From NCBI GenBank assembly GCA_013115145.1, contig JAAPAO010000047.1:1-64000 (forward strand): a stretch of 64,000 nucleotides of DNA. Reading direction: 5' to 3'. A program made the translations under genes and the position numbers. Position 1 is the stretch's first letter. Each line of letters begins with the position of its first letter. Positions 33,248 through 50,392 of the stretch are shown here, in pieces. The stretch is from Perkinsus chesapeaki ATCC PRA-425. Taxonomy: Eukaryota; Protista; Perkinsozoa. The notes under the pieces are model-generated. The model worked only from the letters and a program-made list of their open reading frames with translations. It made no database searches and had not been told where the DNA came from.

Positions 33248-35620
33248 ATGTCTTTCCATCAAACCACTACAGTGATCCTGGCAGTTTGGTTTGTTCTTTG
33301 CAGTTCTGGTCAAGAGGCTGCGACTGTGAAAACTGAGGAATCACTACTTCGATCACATTCTGGTGTATCCGGTCTTTCTGCCAATCGAGGTTTAGCTGGT
33401 AGCGGAACTTTGAATGTCTATGTCCTTCCCATGACTTATGATTTTCGCGTTCCGCTGACAATCCGTGGTCAGAAGCTTTACGTTAATGTCGACACCGCGG
33501 GGCCACGACTTAGAGTCAGGCCGTTACTCACAGATGCCCCGCTGACCACTTGCTTCGGTGACGAGTGCTATGTCTGCGCTGTATTTGGACCTAGATGTTT
33601 GGGCGCGGAAACTCATAGCGCTTGGTCGGATGCCCGCAATGTTGTCTACGGCGCCAATTTCTGGTACGACAATATAACACTGGGCTCTGATGGGGGGGCG
33701 TATCTATGGTATGGTGTTATGCATGACGAATATAACGACAAACGTGGAGTCAAAGCATTGCCCGGCAGTGCTCTTGGACTTGGAGGAGGCGACAGTAAGG
33801 ATGACAACACGGTTCTATATTCATTGTTTCTTTCCACTGACTTCCGGGCTTTCTCGCTCACTCCAGCGCCTCACCCTTGGTCTAGCCCGGGAACACTACG
33901 TCTTGGCGGAGATCCTTATAAACCACCCGGATATCTTGAGGAGCACTCCCTGAAAGTGTTCTTGGACCAACCCAAGTACAACGACTTCCGTAAATGGCAC
34001 TACAAGGCTCAGATGAAGTCCATTCTAGTTGAGGAAACCCCCTGGAAGACAGTGCTCCAGGAGAATGCCCCAGTCATCACCTTCGACTCGAGCGCCCCAA
34101 TCATATACGTTAAAGAAAGTACCCTGAAGGATATATTTATACCTTATACCGACAATTGGTTGAAGTACTACAACGCCAAGCACTTCGACGCCAGTCTGCA
34201 AGAGTACAAGGTACTCGATGCCAAGAAAGGCTACTGGTTCCATTGTTATATCGAACCTGAGCTCCCTAGGTGGAAGTTCGAAGTATATACTGATGAGGAT
34301 AAAAAATATACGGAAGAAATTATAATCCAGCCGAGGGATTATGTCCGTAAAATACGTGGCACGGATCAATGCCGTTGGCTATTTGGAACGTCTAACAATG
34401 GTATTATCGACAAAGCGGATTATATGGTGATGGGACAGCCATTCTTCCAAAATCATTTCGTCGGTTTTACCTTCTTTAATGGGATCAATATGAATTTTGC
34501 CAGGCGGGTTACGAGCGACGATGGAAAGTTTGCTGGCCTTGGTTCAACAACTTTCGCTATCGATTATGATCTAACTACGGTGCTATCGGTAGATGACCAA
34601 CCAATCCAAGTCTTAGTTGATACCTCTGTAAGCTCAGTGATGCTCCTCGATGCCAACAAGTTTGGTGATAAAGCCTGCGTGGGTGGTCAGTGTCACAACT
34701 GCAGCCAGGTTGGCTATCGGGATAACAAATGCCAGTATGCCGAATACTACGTCCATACTACTCCCGATGGTCTGGTTAGGAGACTCGCTCAGTCTCAAGG
34801 TAGCTTTCAAATTGGTGCGTCGAGATTCGACCTTGGGTATGATCAAGTTATCAATGCGACTGGTAGATCTTATTATCGGAGCGCCATGGGAATCGGAAAG
34901 CCTATTAGACCTGTGGATTTCTATAACCAACTCAATGGACATGATTCGGCGATTCAAGGCACTTCATATTCCATTTATGCTCCGAAGAGCCCTACTTCTA
35001 AACTTGGAATTCTCTCTTTGGGAGGTTTCCAGCGACCAGCTAACATCAATAAGGTTAAAAAGGTCCGCTTCATGGATACGCCCGGCGGTTGGAGAGACTC
35101 CGCGTCTTGGCCTATAGTATCGGGAGCTAATGCCTATCTGACTTTTGGCGACCCCGCTTCACACCCCTTCCTACCTAGTGCGCACCAGATTGAGATAATC
35201 GCATTCTTAAGTGGTTATAATCTAATCTACGGTCCGGAACAGGCTATCAATGCACTGATAGAAAAGCTCGACAACCGCCGACAGCTCATCTCATCTATAA
35301 AGGTGGATGATGCCAAGCAAGGTTGGACTATTGAAAGTCAGAATGTCAAGAAGTTGCCTACTGTGCATTTCCAAGTGCGCACCGCCCCTGACAGCAGCGA
35401 CACAGAGGAGATATACCTAAAACCGGAGGACTACACTGCGTACTCGGACACTCAATGCAATGTATCCAGAATACTCTTTGGAGCTCTTGACCCGAAGATA
35501 AGTGGTGTCGGCATCAACACTAACTACTGGATAATGGGCAAACCATACTTCCGTACATACTATACGGAGATATACTTTGGTTGGAAGGTGGCGTTCGCTC
35601 GGATACCTCACCATATCTAG
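33248..35620 (+). CDS. Intronless secreted protein with two tandem pepsin-like (A1 aspartic protease) modules and degenerate catalytic motifs
   Basis: The 832-aa ORF has a signal-peptide-like segment from the ATG at 33248 (MSFHQTTTVILAVWFVLCSSG). Module 1: YVNVDTAG, ITFDSSAPII, YMVMGQPFFQNHFVGF. Module 2: VLVDTSVSS, AFLSGYNLIYGP, YWIMGKPYFRTYYTEI. Confidence 0.8.
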   Translation: MSFHQTTTVILAVWFVLCSSGQEAATVKTEESLLRSHSGVSGLSANRGLAGSGTLNVYVLPMTYDFRVPLTIRGQKLYVNVDTAGPRLRVRPLLTDAPLTTCFGDECYVCAVFGPRCLGAETHSAWSDARNVVYGANFWYDNITLGSDGGAYLWYGVMHDEYNDKRGVKALPGSALGLGGGDSKDDNTVLYSLFLSTDFRAFSLTPAPHPWSSPGTLRLGGDPYKPPGYLEEHSLKVFLDQPKYNDFRKWHYKAQMKSILVEETPWKTVLQENAPVITFDSSAPIIYVKESTLKDIFIPYTDNWLKYYNAKHFDASLQEYKVLDAKKGYWFHCYIEPELPRWKFEVYTDEDKKYTEEIIIQPRDYVRKIRGTDQCRWLFGTSNNGIIDKADYMVMGQPFFQNHFVGFTFFNGINMNFARRVTSDDGKFAGLGSTTFAIDYDLTTVLSVDDQPIQVLVDTSVSSVMLLDANKFGDKACVGGQCHNCSQVGYRDNKCQYAEYYVHTTPDGLVRRLAQSQGSFQIGASRFDLGYDQVINATGRSYYRSAMGIGKPIRPVDFYNQLNGHDSAIQGTSYSIYAPKSPTSKLGILSLGGFQRPANINKVKKVRFMDTPGGWRDSASWPIVSGANAYLTFGDPASHPFLPSAHQIEIIAFLSGYNLIYGPEQAINALIEKLDNRRQLISSIKVDDAKQGWTIESQNVKKLPTVHFQVRTAPDSSDTEEIYLKPEDYTAYSDTQCNVSRILFGALDPKISGVGINTNYWIMGKPYFRTYYTEIYFGWKVAFARIPHHI

Positions 35621-35722
35621 TCCTGAGAGAAACCAACACGAATCAGCTTTCTATAATCTACATCCTCCTGTGGAATTGGGGCTATTCTCCTTCGCCACAT
35701 AGCTTTTTGAGAGATATGCTAC

Positions 35723-36116
35723 ATGTCATCTATGCCTATGTAATGTCATCTATGCCTATGTAATGACTGCTACGCCTATGTAAAGTCATCTATGCCTATG
35801 TAATGACTGCTACGCCTATGTAAAGTCATCTATGCCTATGTAATGACTGCTATGCCTATGTGATGACNNNNNNNNNNNNNNNNNNNNNNNNNNNNNNNNN
35901 NNNNNNNNNNNNNNNNNNNNNNNNNNNNNNNNNNNNNNNNNNNNNNNNNNNNNNNNNNNNNNNNNACTGCTATGCCTATGTAATGACTGCTATGCCTATG
36001 TAATGACTGCTATGCCTATGTAATGACTGCTATGCCTATGTAATGACTGCTATGCCTATGTAATGACATCTATGCCTATGTAATGACTGCTATGCCTATG
36101 TAATGACTGCTATGCC
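35723..36116. repeat. 20-bp minisatellite spanning an assembly gap
   Basis: Units ACTGCTATGCCTATGTAATG and TCATCTATGCCTATGTAATG interspersed. Confidence 0.97.
35868..35965. other. Assembly gap (~100 N)
   Basis: Run of n characters. Confidence 1.
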
Positions 36117-36399
36117 CATATTATGTCGGCTAAGGGATATGCTACACTTTGTATACGTAGCCTGTTAACCAACGATTCGAGTGTCTGATCGCACTTCGAG
36201 TAGTTTTGCGCGTGATTTTCTCGCGTATTTTGCTCGGGCCGAGCTAAAGCCATTTACTTCATTATCAAATAAGTTATCACTAGTATAGGTCTCAAGACCA
36301 CTAACAGACACTTTTTACATTTGTCTGGCTTAACTAGAGAGCGTTGAGTTCAGGTTAATGATGCCCTTCAAATCCACTCCAAACACAAGCTCCGAGCAA

Positions 36400-37121
36400 C
36401 GTGTAGTATAGTACAATGCAATATAATAACACACATAATGAGATCAACTCGAACCTTGTGCGTACTGTAGTACCGCGTTCGTTTAATTGTGTAAGCAGCT
36501 GCTCCTATAATATACCACAGACAATTCGAGTCAGAACGCTGTTTCATGAACAGCGTGTTCCTCATAATCCTACCCAGTTAACACTCGAGATAAGTGAGGC
36601 TATCATCGGAAGAACTTATTTCCTTCCTATGGGGGCAGACAATGCGCGCAAGCGTTCTCCCACCGAAGAACGAAACAGGTCCCCTTGCAACCTTGAGAGA
36701 TTCTTCCTGCAACCTTGCTTAGATTGGGAATGACAGAACGGATGCGTATGATGCATCAGCAGATCTTTATCTGCAGACACAAAAGTCTGCCGATCAGAAA
36801 TACCTCGGTTTGATCGTACAATTTTTCGATACTTTAGTACTCCTGGCTCAAACAAGCAATAATCGTCGCCAAGGAAAGCGAGGAGCGGCAAATAATCACA
36901 GTGGGTTCATCATCCGTCATACTGTTTACTGTCTCACTGAGTAAGTAATGCAATTCAGAATAGTTCATACTTGATTCGGTATCTATGCATGGGGTCTCTG
37001 CGAGGGGAAGTCTCACCAGAGTCCTAGCCACACCATTGATGATGGCGTTGTATCGTGAGGTAAATTCATATATATTAATTTGCTGGGCAGAGTTTGCCCA
37101 AGTTGTCTTAAGGATAACCAT
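36400..37121 (-). CDS. Possible multi-exon hypothetical protein
   Basis: Coding-like segments KTTWANSAQQ, RYNAIINGVARTLVRLPLAETPCIDTESSMNYSELHYLL and LQEESLKVARGPVSFFGGRTLARIVCPH, with plausible splice sites. Ends uncertain. Confidence 0.3.
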
Positions 37122-37299
37122 TCAAAATAGAAAATATAACATGTGTCTACTAGGCAGCCGACTAATCCAAACTAACGCAAAAAAGACAGCTGTGCATTGG
37201 CAACGTATCGTCATGCAAATAATAACGAATATTCTCTTATAGCCGGCGACCAAAACAGTGCTACAAGGGGCCTATTCGGGGGTCCCGGAGGGCGGCGCC

Positions 37300-41546
<4,247 letters not shown>

Positions 41547-41920
41547 TCTGATATATCAAGAGATCGATCAGAAGATGAAAATAATGTAAAGAAAAGAACG
41601 AAAGATGCGCTGTTGAAACGTCACGCGCCACAAAACTCGAAAACTGGCACGTTTCGGGAAAGAAACTCAATTGAATAGAGGTGAGTATCCATGCTCCATT
41701 ACTCCCCTTTTTTAATGCTTTTTCGGCCTGATTGCTGTTAAGTATTATGCCTTCTGCCCCATGTTATGCTTACCAAAGCAAGTATTGTGTTTAATAGTAG
41801 AGAGTTGGGATCAGTTAAATACGCATGGTTAATGATTTTTAGAGGGTATTCCCGCGGAATTATCAGAGTCCCTGAGGAATCTTCGGACGGTCTTTCCCGG
41901 AGCTAGTTGATATTATCAAA
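41547..41920. promoter_or_regulatory. Short bidirectional intergenic region between ERK7 and WDR70
   Basis: Divergent ATGs at 41546 (-) and 41921 (+); contains GTCACGCGCCAC at 41620. Confidence 0.6.
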
Positions 41921-44900
41921 ATGTCTGACGATGAAGCTGAGATGGCAGAGCTGAGGGCAGTACGGCAAGGTAGAGGATTTAGTAATAGGGCAGCTCGAAG
42001 GGAACAAGAGTAATAATACCAGTGGTGGATTGAACTAGGGGAATAAGGGTTACAGGTGGGCAATATAACCGTAACCTACAAAGACTGTTCAAAATGGCCG
42101 AGGGCTTAGCACTGATCCTACTGAACTATTGAAGAGCAGCCTAATCCGTCTGTTATTGTCCTTTAGATTTTGATGACGAAATATCACCCCCCCATCGAGT
42201 GTAATAGAATCTATTTTACATTTCAACTTCCGTCTAACTCTCACATGGCGCTTTACACATCTTAACAACACTATTTTTCTGATATCTTGCATAGGCTTTC
42301 GGTCCATTCTGTGGCGCGTGACGGAACAGTCGATACGTGCTCGCGGTTCAAGTCGGCAGCGTTCTGTCAAGAACATAGTGACAACAATGCGTTATTTAGT
42401 ATGCAAGTCTAACGACGGTGCTGTCGCCAGCTCATTGTTCAAAATCAAGGATCAGAATCATTCACTTACGGAACTGCGGCTATGGTTGAGTAAATATTGT
42501 TATTATTCGGAATAGAGCTTGACGATCTTTCTTCAACATCTTCATTTTAATATCAGATTGTCACTTTTGAAAGTTACTAAAGGTTAGCAAAATTTGTGTA
42601 GTGTGGTTGGGGTGTCCAAAAGCTTTTCGTAGATAGGAACTTGATGGGTTATAAACTTAACAGTAATGACAGCAGCAGCGATGATGTGCTATTATTTGAT
42701 GTGTTAGACCTGAAGAGGCAAGCACGTCCTCTGGTATGGAGAGGACAGGCTCTGCCTCATGGCTACTGCCTCCACCGGAAATGAATTTACCGACACGGTT
42801 TGGGAGGAAAGGAAATCGAATTGATGAAGAAAAGGTTCATAAAGAGTAATTTAATAATGCTTTGTATTTGGGAAGTGATCACTCAGCCATCTGAGGCTAC
42901 CGGTTGAGGAGCCTCCTACTGTAGCAGCGCAGGCATTGGCAAGTGAAGAAGACTCTGGCCAGCATGAGGTGGAGGAGAATATACGGGAGGGACCGTAGGC
43001 GGAGGGATGGGGCACTCAATGGGAAATACAATCCTCAGCGAGTTGAACATTAATTCATACTGCATTGGCTAACCAGGGCTGATTAGCATTCTCCGTACGA
43101 GATCGCTTCCTCAGGAAGCGAAGGGTGTGGATTCTAGCTGATGAACGTCGGCTGCCTTCCACACACCGCCACTACATGACTTTGAAAATTCGTAACCTTT
43201 CTGTACCTCTTTATACATATAGGCTTATTTATTCCAACACGACACATTTCGGTTAAGCTATCCTGAAGATATTTTTTCAGGAGTAGGATCCCCGACACCC
43301 ATGAGATTTGCCTGGATCTTTGTCCCGAGTCTCATAAGTAATAACCTAGTATATCCCCCAGTAGTATTGTGTTATATAGATCTCTCACAGCATTAAGTAT
43401 GGACCCCAAAGGCAGTCGAATGGTCACTGGTGGCACGGATGGTGTGGTGAGGTAATAAGGCAAAGAGGGATCATAGTGGAACTATATCAAAAGGAACGCT
43501 CTCAACATTTACCCCCGAGGAACTCCCTACCAAGTGTAAGGGGAATAATTTTCAGACTTGGAAGGAAAAATTTTTACACCCCGAAGTTTACGTAACCGAA
43601 TGATACGCGTAAGTCACTTGACGAATCCTGGACACTTTATTTTACCCAGATGTTATCGACGAACGAATTCCTGATTCAGCATAGGCGGTGTCTAATACCT
43701 GATTCTATGAACTGTGACTCCATCGAATTGGAAAATTTCGAATTGGGAATATAGAGAAGATTGTTACCGTATGATACTCTTCATTTCGTTGGTACATTAT
43801 TGACTGGTTTGAAGGCACTAGCAATTTGCACTTGGGTAAAATATTGATATTTACAGGTTCTGGGATCTCAATGGTATCAATGCCATGGACCCGAAGCCTT
43901 TCAGAGAGTTCACTCCACAAGAAGGATATCCTATCAATTGCGTTAGGTAGAATATTAAATCGTGGAAGTGTGGTATTGGCCTGCATTAGGTTCAGCAATA
44001 GCGGTGGGCAAGTATTAGTGTTACCAGCTGATGCGAGATGTAGAATGTAATAAGGGGGATGTTATTGGTAGTACTGGCGCTCATCCACACCGAAATCTGG
44101 GGTAGGACAGTATCCTCTCTCACTTGCAGATGATGATGATTCGCGGAAATACATCGCTAGGAGCTGCCATTTGCCAATTTGTTCGAAATGTGTTATATAA
44201 TTGTATATATTGTATTTGTGTATGAGGGATTACAGTATAGTTCTCAAATCGACCGCCCGCGTGAAGGTATTGGCTGTGGTGGCAGTGTCCGCCGTCGACT
44301 GCTGTGTTGTTGGTATGATCAGACATGATCGCAATGGTACCAGTACCCCTGTACAGCAGACTATTAAGGGTGACCAATATATAAGGGATTTACAGCACAC
44401 AAAGGGGCATACAGCTACTATAACTGATGGTAATATTGATGCATCCATGTGGTGAGGAAAAAAATCGGCAAGAATTTCGGGAAATTCTATAGATTTCCGG
44501 AACACCGCGGAACTCGATAGCTAGATTAATGTTATGGACTAATAAGGGAATAATATGTTATTATTATCTGTTATTTTTAAATATTGTATTATCAATAATA
44601 ATGGTGATATTAATTTCACTCGGCGCACCTTGCTTTTTGAACAGCTTTCGGACTAGCGATTTCGACGTTTTTCATCTCAATAGGCCATTGGCACCCAATG
44701 GACCCTTCCAAGTGGATTACCTCCAGTCTGGATTGCACTATAAGGATATGGGACATCAACACTCCTGGCACAGGGATGGTACGGCTGCTGCATCGCTCCG
44801 CTAAGAAATGTGTTTTGTATTATTTTTCAGGATATGTGGATACCTTGTATTCATACACTCAAATGTGTGGATAAGAGGGGGATCTGTGGTGGACGTGGGG

Positions 44901-47900
44901 GAGTGGAGAATCAGTTATTTGTTAACTCATGCGCGTGAGTGGGAGGAAGAGCATATCTTTGAAATAAGAAGAACTAGATTGGGAATCTTTGCAGTGCGAT
45001 ACGGTTACGATTGAGCTAGTATAGCTAAGTAGATATAGTACTGATGATATGCAAGCAGCTTCCGTTGGAAATGTTCATTAAGGAATCTGGCTTCATTGGA
45101 ATGATTCGGACAAAGTGCAGTAGAGCATCGTAGAATTGAGGCATCCTAGGTAGCCCATAATAGTCCAGGAGATTCCCCATTGATAACACAGTCAATTTAT
45201 GATACTATGTCACTTTGTGTGATAATATCAGTTTCGCTTCATATAAGGTGGTTAATATTGTAGTGCCTGCGATCCTGTCAGCATTATGATTGTCATCAGA
45301 TATAAGCCCTATGATGGAGGGTTCATTGTGGCTGGCTGCAGTGATGGCAGTTTGCAGTTGTTTAATGAGCGAAAGAGGCAAGTTGACTCATTTGTTACCG
45401 GCGAGAGCTGTGAGAGCTTACAGTACATCTTTTCTAATGCTAATAACTTTGCAATCTTTAAATTGGGACTGGTTCTGTGTGAAATACTTAAGAAAGACTT
45501 TGATTTTACAAGTAAACGGTGTATTATTTTTACTTTCAAATTCTCGAGATTACCCCTCCCATATCCACTAGCCTTGACTCACCTCGACGCTGCCTGCCCC
45601 CTTTAGATACGGCGAGGCTGATATGATAGCCAGAACAGCGCATACAGATGTTGTTACTAGTGTGAAGGTGCTGGAGGATGGGCAGAGAATGTTGAGTCGG
45701 AGCTTGGATGGTAAGTAGGGAGCACGCGGAGCAAACAAAAGGGGACGAAAGATTCTCCGTAGAAGAACTAATGTGGTGACGGTCGGAGTATCCCTTCCAT
45801 CTCGATACAGATAATAACCTCATATATTTTCCATGCAAGATCCCTCTGCCGATCATGACTCAACGTCAAAGTCCAAGTGTGTGTTTTTGAAGTATACTGT
45901 CATTTCTGTACTACTGAGTGGTTTCCAGTTCTGAAAGGCATTACTTTTTTGCGGCTTGGAGAGGGAATATCTGACTGCACCTATGTCAAGCTAGCGAAGA
46001 TGATCTCGATATCGATATTTTAATATCCCTGTTTTTGTACTATTTATATTTGATCAGGCACAATGAAGATGTGGGACTGCCGTAAGCTCCGAGCATCTAC
46101 TCCTGTGAGGACTTGGGAGAATCTTCCATGCACAGATGAGCATACAGACATCACAATCTCGCCGGATGAGAGCATGGCTTTAACTGGTAAAGTCATTATC
46201 AGAATTAAAAAAAGAATTCCTTTGAAATTTTGACGGGATTTTTTGGACACATCTGTGCAGGCACAAGTGATGGTCGAGTTGTTGCTTTCGATATGCATTC
46301 GGAATCTGGCGAGCCATTGAAGGAGTATACGTTCCGAACTCAGAGTGCAGTTAGGGTAGGTAGAGACTTGACCACCAGTCGAGGCAGGCCACTACTTGGT
46401 TGGGGAAAGCCGCACCTTTCTCGGTTCATCATCGACTTCAGTACATATTTATCCACAGTGCAAATTCAACATTATCTGAGAGATAAGAGTTGCCGTAAAG
46501 AATTCTCTCTCGGTTCACTTGTGCGTGCTTCTGTTGATCGAGGCCGAGGAATGTAGCAAAATGAGCTGAATAATAACCGGTCCTACACAATAGGCTATGC
46601 TTCATCAGACTATTGGTATCTTTGCCAAACGCGTAGCATCTGGAGAAAATGAAGTATTCAAAATCTATGTAGTGCGTTCCGTATATCCTTCCCCCCGCAC
46701 TCTTCGGATGATAAGGTACCCTATTGTTTCAGACATTATGGCATCCTATACTTCAGCAAATAATCGTAGCGTGCAGTGATGGCAACGCTTACTTCCTCTA
46801 CGACAGATATCAGTCTATTCATGGTGAGTGAGGGGAGGCGTGGATGCCAGGATTTCCATTACAGGTGCTTTGCTCTTTGCCCAACACAGTGCTCCTAAGA
46901 AGAAGGAACTTGAAGAACAGTATATGCCACAGAAGGTTTATAATTATGATGAGATGGTTCAGCGAGGCGGGCAATTCAGGGAGACGAGGAGTGGTGAGTC
47001 TCATTGGAGTGCCATTTACTTTATTTGCCGTGTTGCGGTCCGAAGTTTTCCAGCAATCCTACACTCGATCTCTACAATATCATCATGCTTTGTAATTTGT
47101 TGCATTGCTGTAAGGAACAGATAATGAAATCTCATGCTGGATGGGGCGGCGGCTGTGGCTAATGTTCGTTTTCCCTGCTCATGGTCCGAGTAGCTTACTA
47201 AAGTGATGTTAGGGTAACTGATTCACAGCATGCACCTGAGTCTTCTGTTTTCGTTACGGCGCATCCGAGATTTGACAAAAGCATGTCACTATTTAATTAG
47301 CATCATCATCATCGGTAGATGTATTGAGAAGTGGAACAGGACGATGATGTTATGATCCTTCACATTTCAACCTGTCTTGGTATCGACTTGTTCATTTTAT
47401 CACTGATAACTTTTTCGCCTGAAATGCGTGAACTTTCCTATGTAAGGTAAACTTCGTCGAGTGAGAGATGCCGACAAACGGCGCGACAAGAATCGCCGTG
47501 AGAGGATGGGCATTCCGGATCCCGACGAGCAGCACAAGGTGAGCATTCATAAGCTCATCAACGACCGGATCTAACTTTGGTGCAGATCAAACCCGCGGCC
47601 CCGCCGCCCGAGAGCACCAGCGAGCCTGCAATGTTTGCTAATAAGCTAGGAATCGAAAAGGAGAAGTATATCGATGAGGATCCACAAAAGGTAGAAACGT
47701 CTTCACCGCGGATCGAACCCGGGACCTCTTGTTTTGCAGGCACTGCTGGCGGTCGATACTAAGAAGGGCGATTCCTTCGTCAGCCAAGCGTATGCCAGAA
47801 CTCAACCTCAAAATATCTTGGATTACTCCGATGTCAAGAGTGCGGTAAGGCACAGAATTGGCAATTTCGTGGCGCGCTGGATTTTTCTTCAGGGTGATCG

Positions 47901-48021
47901 TCTGTTGAGTAAGAAGCGGTACTGTCCGAAATGTGGTGTGAAGATGTGTACGTGCGGGTACCTTACAGCTTTGGAGAAAGAGGAAGCGCGAAAGAAACGT
48001 CGAACTGCTGAAGTACAATAA
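41921..48021 (+). CDS. WDR70: WD40-repeat protein WDR70 (Gad1-like), multi-exon
   Basis: MSDDEAEMAELRAVRQ; MNLPTRFGRK; ALSMDPKGSRMVTGG; FSNSGGQVLVLPADAR; hallmark KGDQYIRDLQHTKGH; WHPMDPSKWITSSLDCTIRIWD; C-terminal EDPQKALL...SQAYARTQPQNIL and CPKCGVKMCTCG; TAA 48019-48021. Confidence 0.88.
44789..44809 (+). repeat. GCWTCGCTCCGCTA intronic motif
   Basis: TGCATCGCTCCGCTAAGAAAT in the 52-nt WDR70 intron 44779-44830. Confidence 0.8.
47699..47741 (-). repeat. Intronic tRNA-Cys(GCA)-like 3' half, antisense, overlapping the acceptor
   Basis: GCCTGCAAAACAAGAGGTCCCGGGTTCGATCCGCGGTGAAGAC in the 49-nt intron 47691-47739. Confidence 0.75.
47862..47877 (-). repeat. GCGCCACGAAATTG intronic motif, antisense
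   Basis: GCGCGCCACGAAATTG in the 48-nt intron 47845-47892. Confidence 0.7.
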
Positions 48022-48311
48022 TAAGAGTATTTCAATCTATATAGTGTTTGTTATTTCAATTGAAAGAGTGGTATAGTAGATAGCTAGCTGTTATATCGTC
48101 ATGGGCACTTTACACTTGACCGCCTCAAACGGATTGTCGACCAGTCCCGGGAATTTTAATTGGTAAAATATCGAACGTATCGGCTATGGTGCCGTTGGGA
48201 CTGTCTAGAAGCCTCTGTGTGGCATACGTTTGAGGGATGCGACTTCCGGAACTATCGTACCTTCGGGAATGCTAGTAGCACGATTTTCTTGGGCAGTTTT
48301 TTCTTATTATT

Positions 48312-50392
48312 ATGGCTGCTGCTGCCGCCCTTGGCCCTTTTGACATACCCACAACATGGATAGCGTACAGCTTACTGCTCATAGTCATGTTTACACTATC
48401 GGGCTGGCAGGTCGAGGGGAAAGTTGTTTTTGTGAAAGAGCAGCTAAACCCTCTCACGTTCTCCCTTTATCGGCAAGGCAAGTCTGAGCAGCACCTCTGG
48501 TTTGTAGCAGACGCCTTGTTGGTCAGGTTTGACGGCTATCGTGCTGCTCTGCATAATCGACCGGACTTTCAAATCTCCATTGAAAGCTGATCTGCCACTG
48601 TTAGCCTATCTTGGAGCTGCCACTGGTGGATCTACAGTTGCCTTCCTTGTTGGTAAGCAACAACGCCGATCGGCAGAATATATCGAGTTCTGCGCCATTC
48701 TTCATGACCATAATGATGATTGGGTTAGTCTCGGAGAGCTGCGCCTCGTTGCTGGCTTCCAGGATCTCTGATGTTCACTTTGCTACCCTCGCGCATCTCC
48801 CTCATGACTACTCGCCTAGGGTAGCCGGCACCATCACTGCACTGACTGTGTTCCGTGCAGGTCTGGAGCTGTCAACTCCTTTGATAGCGTCAATGCTACA
48901 ACCAACAGTGTTGGTATTTGCCTATATCCTGGGCATGCTGCGTGGGTCTGAACATTACTCCAAGAGACGAGTTCTCGGTGTCGTGATGTGTGTGTCTGCG
49001 GCTATTGGAGCTGTCATTAGCGGGGAACATATCGACGGTCAGTGCTGCTTCTGCTTCTGTTGCTGCTGCTGTGAGTCTTATGACATCTTCTTGATTCAGA
49101 TGCTCATCCTATAGATTGGCCTGTCCTTATGGGTGGCCTGCTGATCCTTCTCCAATGTGTCTTCACCTCATCTATTATAGTACTTCAACGTGGGCTTCGT
49201 CACCTCTCTCCTCCATATCTTACGGGTCGGTTGCTCATCATTGCCGCCTGCAATGCCGTACTTTAGGTTTTTCCTATCTTATTGGTTCGATTACTACTCT
49301 GTTACTACTATTTAGGTGGGCCACTTCCCTTTCTAACTCCTTTTCACCTTCATTCAGTTGGCGTACCGGCTGCACTGTCTTTGACGCCAAGTGTGCGGAT
49401 ATCACTCTGGGTCTTACTTATTCGGGATCATACAGTTCCGAAGGTAGCTCCTTCATATACTGCATTATCCATGTATGTATAGTCGATATAACACAGGCTC
49501 TTGCAAGCGCAATTCTCATTGCCCTTGAAAAACAGGATCTAGGAAGTTTTCCCGAAATTACAGTCACTTTTTCCACCTCCAAATGGGAAGGCCCGCACAA
49601 ACTAGGCGGCTAGGTTGGGGTTCAACTTGGCCAGTTCGGGAGATACCCAGCGCGGGTTTCCATAACCGTTGATGGCTGCTTTCTCGTCAGGCACGGGACT
49701 GCTGGTTTATGCTGTCATCTTCGCTACATGTTTTGTGTATTGTGCCATGAACTGGTGTAACAGACAAACATCGCCATCTGTGGTAAGCCATAGTATTTCT
49801 ATACCGTTTATGCGTCATCACTGGCAGGTGGCTAGTTTCATGACACTTCAACCAGTCACAACAGCTATAGTACAGTATTGGCTGCTAGGAGAGGCGCCAT
49901 CGCTAATGCAAGTAAATACTATTACGATTGGCTTTTCTTGCAAGTTCGCTCCAGTGAGAATCCATATAACTCACATCATTGCCTGTGTACTTTACGCAAC
50001 CAATTGGGGGCGTGTAGCCTGAAGAACAACGAGCTCGATAGAAAATTGAGCCGGGAGATAGTGTTTGCGTCTGTCTTACCGAAGCCACCCGGAGGATTAC
50101 CTACTACTACGCGCTATCTTATCACAGTACCGTCACACCATCACGCAACCGGCGATGTGGTTTTGGTGTTTGCTACTAGATTTCACCGGAAGAACAGCGA
50201 GCCTTGTATTATCAGGTACTCTTCTTCCCCTTCATCGTACTTGGTGTCACATTTGTATCATCATCCGGACATCAGGCACGTACGCTAAACGCTGTTGTCG
50301 AGAAGGACCATGAACTGCAGCGGATTGAGAGCCTCGAACAGGGCAACAGCGAAGGCATCACCAATGGGCGGCGAGGGAATGCTCTTGAATAG
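48312..50392 (+). CDS. EamA/DMT-family (WAT1/MtN21-like) transporter, paralogue 1
   Basis: Hydrophobic exons: IAYSLLLIVMFTLSGWQV...LNPLTFSLYRQ, STPLIASMLQPTVLVFAYILGMLRGSE, VASFMTLQPVTTAIVQYWLLGE. Confidence 0.85.
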
